A stretch of DNA of 53,655 nucleotides from NCBI GenBank assembly GCA_045533435.1, contig JAZSHT010000068.1, forward strand, positions 1 to 53,655. Direction: 5' to 3'. Below are positions 9,109-17,602 of the stretch, piece by piece; the stretch's first letter is position 1; each line of letters starts with the position of its first letter. The notes beneath the pieces were generated by a model that searched no databases, was not told the origin of the DNA, and saw nothing but the letters and a program-made list of their open reading frames with translations. The position numbers and the translations under genes were made by a program. This DNA is from Eubacteriales bacterium (GTDB taxonomy: Bacteria; Bacillota; Clostridia; Oscillospirales; CAG-272).

Positions 9109-9137
9109 AGTATAACATACGATTGTGTATTTGTCAA
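9109..9137 (-). promoter_or_regulatory. sigmaA promoter for the riboswitch leader
   Basis: TTGACA-17 nt-TATACT with extended -10 TG. Confidence 0.8.
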
Positions 9138-9139
9138 CA

Positions 9140-9553
9140 TTATAATGTAAAAACAGCACCAAATTTTGAAAATCTTTCAATGGGATAATTTTTACATACA
9201 CTAATAAACACTTGACTTTTTATTTTGGCTAATCTTTTAAGATACGGCGTTATATCAACACCTAAATCAATTCTATCGAAAACACCAAAAATGAATACGG
9301 GAGCATCAATATCCGATTTTTCTACACGCAAAATAAATTCTTCAAGATTTTTAATCATTAAATCGCCTTCGCTAAGCAGTAAACCATCCTTTTTTATGTT
9401 GCCTGTGGAAAGACAAAAATAATCATTTTTATACGCATTTACTATTTCATCAAGACATTTATCGGAATTATATCCGCAAAAAACATAAATACCGTTTTCA
9501 CTATAAAATTCAAATTCTTTGTTTACTTCATCACTGTATATGCGTTTAATCAT
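9140..9553 (-). CDS. hypothetical protein, possibly a degenerate ABC/SMC/RecF-type ATPase fold
   Basis: 137-aa ORF overlapping the deacetylase stop; remnants VFCGYN, LSEGD, PVFIFGVFDRID, QVFIS. Confidence 0.55.
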   Translation of the reverse strand: MIKRIYSDEVNKEFEFYSENGIYVFCGYNSDKCLDEIVNAYKNDYFCLSTGNIKKDGLLLSEGDLMIKNLEEFILRVEKSDIDAPVFIFGVFDRIDLGVDITPYLKRLAKIKSQVFISVCKNYPIERFSKFGAVFTL

Positions 9554-10244
9554 TTAGTAACACCTCACTGTTTGTACCGTATAAAATGTCATCATGTCCC
9601 GATAATTTTTTGCACACCGCCTCAAATTTCTCCCAAGAGATATATTCCGCATCCATTTCGTAGGAATGTCCCCAAATGTAGAGTAGAGAAGGCTCATCTC
9701 TGTCAAGAGATAAAAATCTGTCAACCACCTCATCAAGACAATCTTCAATATAGTAAACCGTAGGCTTAAATCTATATAAATTGTCCTGTAAATCAAAATT
9801 ATAGGTTGACTCAAGCCCCCTTGCAAATTTAACTCCCGTATTTTCCTTTATAATTTCAGCCACACGGTCATCGTTATTTTCTCCACCGCAAGGATAAGCC
9901 ATTGTTTTAACCTCATAACCGCAAATCTCACTTAAATTAAGTCGGTCCGTCTCAACCTGCCTTATTATTTCATCCTTTTCAAGGGAAGGCAAAAACGGAT
10001 GTGTTAGCGTATGCACCGCCACCTCGTGATTACCGTAAACCTCTTTAATTTTCTCCCTTGCAATCTTATCGTGGCGCACAATATGACCGTTTCTGTCAAG
10101 CGTGCCATCAAGACCTAAAAACTCCGAATTTAAATTAAATGTACATTTTAAGCCGTACTTATCTAAAATCTCAATTAGTCTTATATCCTGTGTAACACCA
10201 TCATCAAAGCTAAACGTTACCGCCTTTTTCTTGCCATTCCACAT
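9546..10244 (-). CDS. polysaccharide deacetylase (CE4/NodB family)
   Basis: TFSFDDG, HEVAVHTLTHP, AYPCG and WGHSYE motifs. Confidence 0.9.
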   Translation of the reverse strand: MWNGKKKAVTFSFDDGVTQDIRLIEILDKYGLKCTFNLNSEFLGLDGTLDRNGHIVRHDKIAREKIKEVYGNHEVAVHTLTHPFLPSLEKDEIIRQVETDRLNLSEICGYEVKTMAYPCGGENNDDRVAEIIKENTGVKFARGLESTYNFDLQDNLYRFKPTVYYIEDCLDEVVDRFLSLDRDEPSLLYIWGHSYEMDAEYISWEKFEAVCKKLSGHDDILYGTNSEVLLND

Positions 10245-10891
10245 TATTTTACATTCTCCTTAATTGATTTTATCACACATTCCGCAATCATTCTCATTCC
10301 GTCCTCATCGGGATGTAATCCGTCTGTCGTATTGTTGTAATAATTGTCATTTGCAAAATCGCTGCTAAATAAATCACATACGAAAAACTTATCCCCTGCC
10401 ACCTTAACGGAATTTTCAATAATCTCGTTAAACCTTATCGTTCTTTCCTTAACTGACGGATGTCTGTTTGGCATATTTATACAACATACAGTAGCACAAG
10501 GATGCTTTTCCTTTATAGTCAAAAGCGTTTTTTCATAATCACTTGCAAAAACATCATAGTCAATCATGCGCCCTAAATCATTAAGACCCATAAATACAAT
10601 TATAAAATCAGGCTCTGTGCCATCATCCCTTGATAAATAATTAACACGGTTAACTCCCGCTGCCTCTATGTCTCTGCCACTTAAATTGCCACCCGACCAG
10701 GAATTATTAACGCATAATTCAAGCCCAAATTCCTTCATAACCAAAGACCAGTATGTCTTTTCAAGAGGAAACGGCTCATCATAATAACAACGATTTCCCC
10801 AAATAGTAAAGTTTGCATTCTTATCGTTTGAAACACCCCAATATGTAGATACACTGTCCCCTAAAATTGATAACTTTTTTCCCTTTAACAT
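10244..10891 (-). CDS. SGNH/GDSL hydrolase
   Basis: LGDSVS, MGLND and DGLHPD motifs. Confidence 0.9.
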   Translation of the reverse strand: MLKGKKLSILGDSVSTYWGVSNDKNANFTIWGNRCYYDEPFPLEKTYWSLVMKEFGLELCVNNSWSGGNLSGRDIEAAGVNRVNYLSRDDGTEPDFIIVFMGLNDLGRMIDYDVFASDYEKTLLTIKEKHPCATVCCINMPNRHPSVKERTIRFNEIIENSVKVAGDKFFVCDLFSSDFANDNYYNNTTDGLHPDEDGMRMIAECVIKSIKENVK

Positions 10892-10978
10892 AAAATATCT
10901 CCTTAATTTTAAAACTTAATCTACTTTAATTATACATGCATGCGCATAAATTATCAACATTATTTTCCAAAAATAAAA

Positions 10979-11016
10979 CAAAAAACTCAGTCAAACCTAA
11001 GCGGTTCAACTGAGTT
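10979..11016 (-). terminator. rho-independent terminator after the four-helix-bundle/membrane gene pair
   Basis: AACTCAGT...ACTGAGTT stem with a U-tract on the minus strand. Confidence 0.6.
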
Positions 11017-11054
11017 CTAATTGTGAAAATTTGCATATTGCATTGATATCGAAT

Positions 11055-11501
11055 TCAAACGGGAGTGGCGTGGGATTCGCTTGGAGGGACATTGCTTGAA
11101 GTGTTCATTTTTATGTGTTTTGCGATAGATACGATTTCTAAAATAAAAATTACCAAATAATAAGCGTTCCATATATAGATGTTGACACCAAGTCCGCCTC
11201 CGATAAAAATCCCCATCGGTATAGCACCAAAAAGCAATATTGACAATATTGCATTGAAAATAGGATGGATTTTCATAAATACCTTTATTGCTGAAAGAAT
11301 GGCATCAATAAAATAGAAAATCAAACTGAAATAGGCAACTATCATTCCGAAAACCCAGAAAGCAAAAGATTTGCTGACACCTCCTTGTTCGCGGGCAGGC
11401 TCTGTTATCAAAGCAATAAATGAGCATATCATCAATCCAAAACTAATAAGACTTATGATTATTGCAAATATTGCTGCGCCTTTTGTAGATGTGTCTTTCA
11501 T
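11055..11501 (-). CDS. hypothetical membrane protein (4 TM)
   Basis: 148-aa hydrophobic ORF; RBS AAGGCGGTG; 20 nt downstream of the four-helix-bundle gene. Confidence 0.75.
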   Translation of the reverse strand: MKDTSTKGAAIFAIIISLISFGLMICSFIALITEPAREQGGVSKSFAFWVFGMIVAYFSLIFYFIDAILSAIKVFMKIHPIFNAILSILLFGAIPMGIFIGGGLGVNIYIWNAYYLVIFILEIVSIAKHIKMNTSSNVPPSESHATPV

Positions 11502-11521
11502 ATCCCCACCGCCTTTCTGGA

Positions 11522-11887
11522 TTATTTGTTACCTTGATTTGCATTTTGCTTCGCTGTTTGAATAGAACGGACAAGCAAGAATCTTATCGTCGAGCAATTT
11601 TTATCAAGAGATTTATATCTTGCCTCGTCTATATACTCACTTCTCCAAAGCATTTCAAGCCATTTACTTGTTTCATTTGTTTCCTTAAGTGCGATTTCAA
11701 GCTTTGCAATAAAATCGGCGCGACTATGAGCATATTTGCTTTCGGCAATATTTGCACAAATACTTGTCGCGCTTCTGCCGATTTGATTTGAGATAACGGT
11801 TTCGTGCTTTGAGCGTAACTCTTTTGTCAGCTTCAAAACTTCTACGGATAATTCCATAGACAGATTCCCGAGCTTATCCTCTTTCAT
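11522..11887 (-). CDS. four-helix-bundle protein (23S rRNA-IVS / S23 / Avd-like family, TIGR02436-like)
   Basis: Family signature QIGRSATSICANIAESKYAHSRADFIAKLEIALKETNETSKWL. Start is ATG 11887 (or GTG 11893) after AAGGTGG. Confidence 0.9.
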   Translation of the reverse strand: MKEDKLGNLSMELSVEVLKLTKELRSKHETVISNQIGRSATSICANIAESKYAHSRADFIAKLEIALKETNETSKWLEMLWRSEYIDEARYKSLDKNCSTIRFLLVRSIQTAKQNANQGNK

Positions 11888-11973
11888 AACCACACCACCT
11901 TTCTTAAACCAATTACATCATACTTTCGGTTAAAAATCAACTATCAATCAGTGAAACAATCAAACGACTACCG

Positions 11974-12164
11974 CTCCGTTTGCGCGAAGCGCAACATCGT
12001 TTACGCCGTAGGCGTAACATCATTTGCAACTTGTTGCAACATCATTTGAGGCGAAGCCTCAACCTCGTTCATTTGTGCCGCAAGCGGCAAAGATGTTCCC
12101 GCTTCGCTCGAAATGATGTTGCGTGTGCTATGCAAACGATGTTGTGCCTGACGGCACAAATGAA
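11974..12164. repeat. dyad-symmetric array of eight short hairpins with conserved CATCRT/AYGATG linkers
   Basis: Units TTGCGC-GAA-GCGCAA, TTACGCC-GTA-GGCGTAA, TTGCAAC-TT-GTTGCAA and TTGAGGC-GAA-GCCTCAA, each followed by CATCRT or CCTCGT. Then four units in the opposite orientation separated by AAGATG, ATGATG, ACGATG. Confidence 0.85.
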
Positions 12165-12197
12165 AAAATCCTGAAAGCATCGCTTTCAGGATTTTTT
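12163..12197 (-). terminator. terminator directly after tRNA-Gln
   Basis: AAAAAATCCTGAAAGC-ATC-GCTTTCAGGATTTTTT perfect inverted repeat. Confidence 0.85.
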
Positions 12198-12270
12198 GGC
12201 TGGGGATCTAGGGCTCGAACCCAGACATACAGAGTCAGAGTCTGCTGTGCTACCATTACACAAATCCCCA
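12197..12270 (-). tRNA. tRNA-Gln (anticodon CTG)
   Basis: Minus strand TGGGGAT...GCAGA-CT-CTG-AC-TCTGT...CTGGG-TTCGAGC-CCTAG-ATCCCCA-G-CCA; cloverleaf with encoded CCA. Confidence 0.97.
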
Positions 12271-12281
12271 ATGCGACAATG

Positions 12282-12310
12282 ATTATATCATAACAATAAG
12301 AAATTGTCAA
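12282..12310 (-). promoter_or_regulatory. consensus sigmaA promoter of tRNA-Gln
   Basis: TTGACA-17 nt-TATAAT with extended TG. Confidence 0.85.
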
Positions 12311-12437
12311 GAATTTTTTATAAATAATTTACCAACGAATAAATAATTTCAAGAATTCAAAATATTGCCAAGCTGTTTACAATCTGAATTTTGTGTGCTA
12401 TAATTGTATTAACGACATAACACAAGGAGAAATCGTT

Positions 12438-13949
12438 ATGAAAAAAATTATAAGTTCAGTATGTATTATACTTGCATTGATTATAGCATTATTTTCTTTT
12501 TCGTCTTGTCAACAATCTGACAAAAGTGATGAATCGGGAAGCTTATCGGATTCAGTAAGCGATAATCCTGACAATAAAACACAAGAGGAGCTTCTTCTTG
12601 AAATGAACGAGCTTGACAGAGCCGATGAATTAAGTAGGCTATCTGATATTGCCATGAGTGAAAAGCTTTCATATAAAACAACAATGATAGGAGAGATACA
12701 AACAACCTTACAGGGCGATGTTGTAATCGGCGAAATAAAAGGCGAGAGCGCATATTTATTTGGCAATACTGATGATTTTGTGTATCAAGAAAAGCTTGAA
12801 AGCACATCTAAGTATAAAGGCGAGGAAAGCGTTACGACCTTAATTGAAGGCTATCAAAATGGATATATGTATATTTACAATAAGAATGGTAGCATTACCA
12901 CCACCTTTAAATCTCCTATTACCAAGGATCAATATTTGCAACATATGAAGGATATGGAAGTGAAGACAGATTTTGAGCTTGATAGAGAAGGCTGCAAGGA
13001 AATTACTGCTCAAAGAAACGAAGACGGCACATGGACTATCACCTATGCTAAATTTACCGAGGAAAGATTAGAGCTTTTATTAAGTGAGCTAAAAAATCTT
13101 GATGAGCAGCTTGATGAATCGTATTTAATATCCGATGTGAAAATTGATATCAATATTATGAGCGATTTTGCTATAAAAAACGCCACAATGGAGTTTGAAT
13201 TCACAAAAAATAAAGACATAAACGGTAGTGCCACAACATTATCAGCGACCGAAAATACAGAAGGAAAAAACAAGCTTTACATAGAGATATCGTACGACTA
13301 TAACCCACTTACAGTAATGGAAGAAATAGATTTAGGTAGCATAAGATATAAGGAAGTGGAAGACCTCAGATATTACTACAACATCCAAAAGAAGCTTGAT
13401 GAGCTTAAAAATAGCGAAGAAGCGAAGGTCGTAATTGGAATTAAAAGCGATGTAGATTATAGAGGAATGGTTAGTGTAACGGAAGAAACAGACAACATTA
13501 CCTTTAAAAATAAAGACGGAAAGCTTGAATATGAAATTGAGTCAATGTCAAACAGAGGCAACTACAAGATTTTATATGCCAACGGCTACCAAGATCTTAT
13601 AGATGAAAGTGGCACTATGCAGCATGAAGCGGTAAGCGAAATGGAAGCAAGAGCATACCTTGAAAGCATGCTGGATGTGGCAGGATATAAAATCGATATT
13701 ATAAGAAATATTGAAAAGGTAAGTGACGGCGAATACATATTTACACTAAAGCCCGGCGATAGCTCGTACAAGGCTATTGTGGATGCGTACGGTGGACATG
13801 TCGAAGAAAGCAGCTCCACACTAACAATTAAATTGCTTAACGGCAAAATCGTGTACTACCATTACACATTTTACGCAGATGTATATTTAAGCACCGTTTC
13901 CTCATATATGGAAATGGATCAATCGGTTGTCTGCACATACGAATATTAA
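12438..13949 (+). CDS. hypothetical lipoprotein
   Basis: ATG 12438 after AAGGAG; MKKII signal with FSSC lipobox; Ser/Asp-rich linker; beta-rich body. Confidence 0.8.
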   Translation: MKKIISSVCIILALIIALFSFSSCQQSDKSDESGSLSDSVSDNPDNKTQEELLLEMNELDRADELSRLSDIAMSEKLSYKTTMIGEIQTTLQGDVVIGEIKGESAYLFGNTDDFVYQEKLESTSKYKGEESVTTLIEGYQNGYMYIYNKNGSITTTFKSPITKDQYLQHMKDMEVKTDFELDREGCKEITAQRNEDGTWTITYAKFTEERLELLLSELKNLDEQLDESYLISDVKIDINIMSDFAIKNATMEFEFTKNKDINGSATTLSATENTEGKNKLYIEISYDYNPLTVMEEIDLGSIRYKEVEDLRYYYNIQKKLDELKNSEEAKVVIGIKSDVDYRGMVSVTEETDNITFKNKDGKLEYEIESMSNRGNYKILYANGYQDLIDESGTMQHEAVSEMEARAYLESMLDVAGYKIDIIRNIEKVSDGEYIFTLKPGDSSYKAIVDAYGGHVEESSSTLTIKLLNGKIVYYHYTFYADVYLSTVSSYMEMDQSVVCTYEY

Positions 13950-13952
13950 ACA

Positions 13953-13984
13953 CTAAAAAACAACGCTTCGGCGTTGTTTTTTAG
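13953..13984 (+). terminator. rho-independent terminator
   Basis: AAAAAACAACGC-TTCG-GCGTTGTTTTTT. Confidence 0.85.
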
Positions 13985-14054
13985 TTGACATAGATTTGAA
14001 AATGTTATATACTTAATTTAAATCTATTATATGATATTACCACGGAGAAATTTT

Positions 14055-14552
14055 ATGGCACATTACGGAAAATTAATAGACCAAATATTAGATAATCAAG
14101 CGGAAATTGAGGAGCTTGATTTACCAAGTGGCGACTTCGTTGCAACAATAAGCAAGGGCACCAAAATTATATTTATATCATCAGCCATTGCAGGAATTAT
14201 ACTAGGTATAATTTTTAGGTATTTTGAGGGCGGTGCTTGGTTGAGTGCTTTATGCTTTGCGCTTTCCTTGGCAATTATTCTTTCTCTACCTACTTGGTTT
14301 TCATACAAAGGCTATATAAGCCGTGAAATAATGAGAGAGGAATACCTAATTGTATTTTTCAAGGTTATAAAAGAGGTAGAATGGAAGGATATCAAATTTA
14401 AAAAGCTAAAAAGAGACGAATACGGCGATATTAACACCATAAAATTCTACGACGAAAATATGAAAAAGCTTATGTCCTTTGATAAAGGAACAGTAGGCTT
14501 TACACGTATCGTTAAAATGGCGAAAAAAGGCTCAATAAAAGAGATTAAATAG
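14055..14552 (+). CDS. hypothetical membrane protein (2 TM plus basic C-terminal domain)
   Basis: Likely start ATG 14055 after GGAG (track 14031); TTGACA-17-TATACT promoter upstream. Confidence 0.7.
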   Translation: MAHYGKLIDQILDNQAEIEELDLPSGDFVATISKGTKIIFISSAIAGIILGIIFRYFEGGAWLSALCFALSLAIILSLPTWFSYKGYISREIMREEYLIVFFKVIKEVEWKDIKFKKLKRDEYGDINTIKFYDENMKKLMSFDKGTVGFTRIVKMAKKGSIKEIK

Positions 14553-14561
14553 GAGTTACTA

Positions 14562-15656
14562 ATGAAAAAAATAAAAAACTTTCAAAAGGGAATGGGCATC
14601 GGCGGTTGGCTTACCAACTACAAGCGCTTTAATGTTTTACCCAACGATAAAAGATTAGAAATAACCATCGGGGATATGGAGCATTTTGAAGAGTATATCA
14701 CAGAGTGTGATGTAAAAAACATAAAACAAATGGGACTTGACCATATTCGCCTTGGCTTTGACCAAATTGTGCTTGAGGAAAGCCCATACGTATATAGAAA
14801 ACGCATTTTTGAAATACTTAAAAGCTTTGTTTTCTGGTGCGAAAAGTACGATCTTGGTATAGTTCTCAATCTACATAAATCAATAGGCAATTACTGCGAT
14901 ATAGAGGAGGAAGTGTCGCTATTTGATAGCGAGGAGCTTCAAAATCGCTTCATTGCACTATGGTTGGAGCTTGAAAAAGCATTCTCAAATAAGCCGCAAA
15001 TTATGTTTGAGCTTTTAAATGAGGTAAGAGATATTGACCCTGAAAAATGGAACTGCCTTGCCGTGCGAACAGTTGATGCAATTCGCAAGCTAAACAAGGA
15101 CAGAAAAATCATTCTTGGCTCAACATGTTGGGGAAGAACCTTCAATTTAAAGGACCTTGTGGTTTTAGATGATGAAAATGTAATTTACACATTCCATATG
15201 TACGACCCAAGCGAATTTACACATCAAAAAGCTGTTTTGCATTGGACAAAGCTTTACTATAACAGAAAAATGACATATCCCTGCGATGATATTGAAAGGT
15301 ACAGAGATTATTACCGCCTGCTCTTTAATAGAGAGGATGCTTATAGCCACATTGAAAGAATGGATATTGAATATCTAAGAGAGCTTTTTGCTCCCGTTTA
15401 TGAGTGGATAGATAAGCACCCAGATAAAATTCTATGGTGCGGAGAGTTTGGCACAATCCGTCACGCCGATATAAATTCCCGCGAAAATTATATGAACGAT
15501 GTAATCAAGCTCTGCAAGGAATACGATATCCCATACTCTGTATGGAATTATCTAAGTACACCAAACGATGGCAATCGCTTTAGCTTAGTTGATGATGATA
15601 CACGAAAAATCCTAAGCGAAAGAATGTTAAGAATTATCAACGGGCAAGTTGAATAA
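14562..15656 (+). CDS. glycoside hydrolase family 5 (CelC-like, no signal peptide)
   Basis: GLDHIRL, FELLNEV (acid/base), TFHMYDP and WCGEFG (nucleophile). Confidence 0.9.
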   Translation: MKKIKNFQKGMGIGGWLTNYKRFNVLPNDKRLEITIGDMEHFEEYITECDVKNIKQMGLDHIRLGFDQIVLEESPYVYRKRIFEILKSFVFWCEKYDLGIVLNLHKSIGNYCDIEEEVSLFDSEELQNRFIALWLELEKAFSNKPQIMFELLNEVRDIDPEKWNCLAVRTVDAIRKLNKDRKIILGSTCWGRTFNLKDLVVLDDENVIYTFHMYDPSEFTHQKAVLHWTKLYYNRKMTYPCDDIERYRDYYRLLFNREDAYSHIERMDIEYLRELFAPVYEWIDKHPDKILWCGEFGTIRHADINSRENYMNDVIKLCKEYDIPYSVWNYLSTPNDGNRFSLVDDDTRKILSERMLRIINGQVE

Positions 15657-15658
15657 AT

Positions 15659-15846
15659 AGCAGCCAGCCGATAGCCGCCAGTCGTCAGAGAATAGTGGTT
15701 GAAGTGGTTGCAGTAAAGATTTTTGTAAAAAACATGATATTTATTACAAGACTATATCGCTTAAAAACGTTTTTTGAAACATCTGCGATATTCTAATCTT
15801 GCTGACTGCTAACTGCTGACGGCTGCTCGCTGTGAGTGAAGCGAAC
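15659..15846. repeat. intergenic element with inverted heptamer-repeat arms (copy 2)
   Basis: Left arm AGCAGCC-AGCCGAT-AGCCGCC-AGTCGTC-AGAGAATAG. Right arm TCTAATCTT-GCTGACT-GCTAACT-GCTGACG-GCTGCT. Then GT-GA-GT-GAA-GC-GA-AC. The right arm is nearly identical to copy 1. Confidence 0.75.
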
Positions 15847-15857
15847 TCCTGACCACT

Positions 15858-15903
15858 AATAACAAAAAACCATTGTCCGTCTGGACAATGGTTTTTTGTT
15901 ATT
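15858..15903. terminator. bidirectional terminator
   Basis: AACAAAAAACCATTGTCC-GTCT-GGACAATGGTTTTTTGTT between convergent genes. Confidence 0.85.
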
Positions 15904-17602
15904 TAACAAGATTTCTTCTAATCTTTCTTGTGGTTGTCTTTTCAAATGGCTCTTCTCTTATTTCAAGCTTATTGATGTGCTTGTAAGCAGCTAATTTCTT
16001 ATTGATTTTTGTAATTTCTCCGTTGATGTATTCGTAAATCGCATCACCCTCAAGATTTGATTTCTTGCATTCCTCTTCGTTAGGATAAACGATAGCAACG
16101 ATTTCAACATCCTTGGTTTCAGCATTTTCTCTGCCAACAACTACAACCTCTTCAATTTGTGAAATAGCCTCAAGATATTCCTCAATTTCCTCAGGGAATA
16201 CATTCTTTCCGCTTGAAGAAATAATAATATTTTTCTTTCTACCGGTGATGTAAAGGTATCCCTTTTCATCAATGTAACCGTAGTCGCCTGTTCTAAACCA
16301 ACCGTTATTAAGAACAGCTGCAGTTTGCTCAGGGTCGTTATAGTAGCCAAGCATTACATTATCGCCCTTAACAACGATTTCACCAAATGTATCATCGGCA
16401 TTTTCTTTATCGATAAACGCTTGCATACCTGGCATTAATTTGCCACATGATGTTGGATTGTATTCTGTAAGTGGAACAACTGAAATAAGTGGAGCACACT
16501 CTGTAATACCGTAGCCCTGTGAAACTTGAATACCAAAGCTTCTGAATTCATTAACTAATTCAGGCGCTAATGCTGCACCGCCAACGATGAAGTATCTTAA
16601 ATTACCACCAAATGCCTCGTGTACTTGAGCAAGAAGCTTTCTTCTTACATCAATATGAAGCTTCATTAAGAAGTTACTAATGTTAATACCCATTTTTAAC
16701 TTCTTGTCATTACCTTGCTTTTGAGCAGACTTCCAAATTGTCTTGTAAAGCTGATTTGCAAACATAGGAACAAGAGCTAAAACTGAAGGCTTAAATTGCT
16801 TAATATTCTTACCAACATACTTAATACCATCGCAAATATTTACAGTCATACCGTAAATCATTGGTGCTAAAATACCTGCTGACATTTCATAAGTGTGGTG
16901 GATTGGAAGAACAGATAATACAGAATCCTTTTCAGTTAAAACATTAAGCACGGGAATGATACCTGTAAGAACTGCGCAAACATTTTTCTCACAAAGCATA
17001 ACACCCTTTGATGTGCCTGTTGTACCTGATGTGAATAAAAGGATAGAAAGCTTTTCTGTATCATGGCAAAGCATATCATCAGGCGCGCCGTTTTCTTCGT
17101 ATAAATACTTGCCTAATGATAAAATATTGTTAAAGGTAGTATATTTTTCCTCTGTATAAGTTTCCTCAGGGTTAAGAGTAAAGCTGTTTTTGTCTGTCTT
17201 TATAAAGTATTCAACATTTGGAAGCTCGTTTCCTCTTTCCTCAAAAAGTGTTGAAAAATGATCTGAGTAAACAACAGCTGAAGCATCTGCAATATTGATA
17301 AACTTAATCATTTCATCAGGTAAAAGAAGTGGGTCAAATGGAACGATAATACCACCAGCGGTTACTACTGAAACATAAGTTGCAATCCATTGCACGCTTG
17401 TTTCGCCCATTACAATAACCTTCTTGCCCGCAATATTCATATGCTTAAAGGCGCATGTCATTTTCTTTAAAAGCTCATCCATTTCCCCGTAAGTAACGGT
17501 AATCTCTCCGCTTTTATTATTGAATCTATAAAGTGAATGGTCAGGTTGAATTTCTGCAACATCATGGTATAAGCCATATATGGTTGAAACCTTTTCTATC
17601 AT
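15899..17602 (-). CDS. long-chain fatty acyl-CoA ligase (AMP-binding family)
   Basis: FTSGTTGTSKG, GYGITE, FRTGD and GRKKNII motifs. Confidence 0.9.
   Translation of the reverse strand: MIEKVSTIYGLYHDVAEIQPDHSLYRFNNKSGEITVTYGEMDELLKKMTCAFKHMNIAGKKVIVMGETSVQWIATYVSVVTAGGIIVPFDPLLLPDEMIKFINIADASAVVYSDHFSTLFEERGNELPNVEYFIKTDKNSFTLNPEETYTEEKYTTFNNILSLGKYLYEENGAPDDMLCHDTEKLSILLFTSGTTGTSKGVMLCEKNVCAVLTGIIPVLNVLTEKDSVLSVLPIHHTYEMSAGILAPMIYGMTVNICDGIKYVGKNIKQFKPSVLALVPMFANQLYKTIWKSAQKQGNDKKLKMGINISNFLMKLHIDVRRKLLAQVHEAFGGNLRYFIVGGAALAPELVNEFRSFGIQVSQGYGITECAPLISVVPLTEYNPTSCGKLMPGMQAFIDKENADDTFGEIVVKGDNVMLGYYNDPEQTAAVLNNGWFRTGDYGYIDEKGYLYITGRKKNIIISSSGKNVFPEEIEEYLEAISQIEEVVVVGRENAETKDVEIVAIVYPNEEECKKSNLEGDAIYEYINGEITKINKKLAAYKHINKLEIREEPFEKTTTRKIRRNLVK

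Noticed and set aside
8868-9201. Short ORFs 8868..9077, 8962..9150 and 8974..9201
   Set aside because: They overlap the lysine riboswitch and its promoter and have no RBS.
11974-12164. CRISPR array interpretation of the periodic repeat
   Set aside because: The constant part is only about 10 nt (AACATCRTTT), the variable parts are themselves palindromes, orientation flips midway, and no cas genes are present.
10979-12270. Integrase-type island or diversity-generating retroelement at tRNA-Gln
   Set aside because: No duplicated tRNA 3' end (att site) was found, and there is no integrase, reverse transcriptase or TR/VR pair in the window. CGAATCCC near 11070-11080 does not match this tRNA.
11980-12310. 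ORFs 11980..12174 (+) and 12128..12310 (-)
   Set aside because: They overlap the hairpin array and the tRNA, lack an RBS, and their translations just reflect the repeat.
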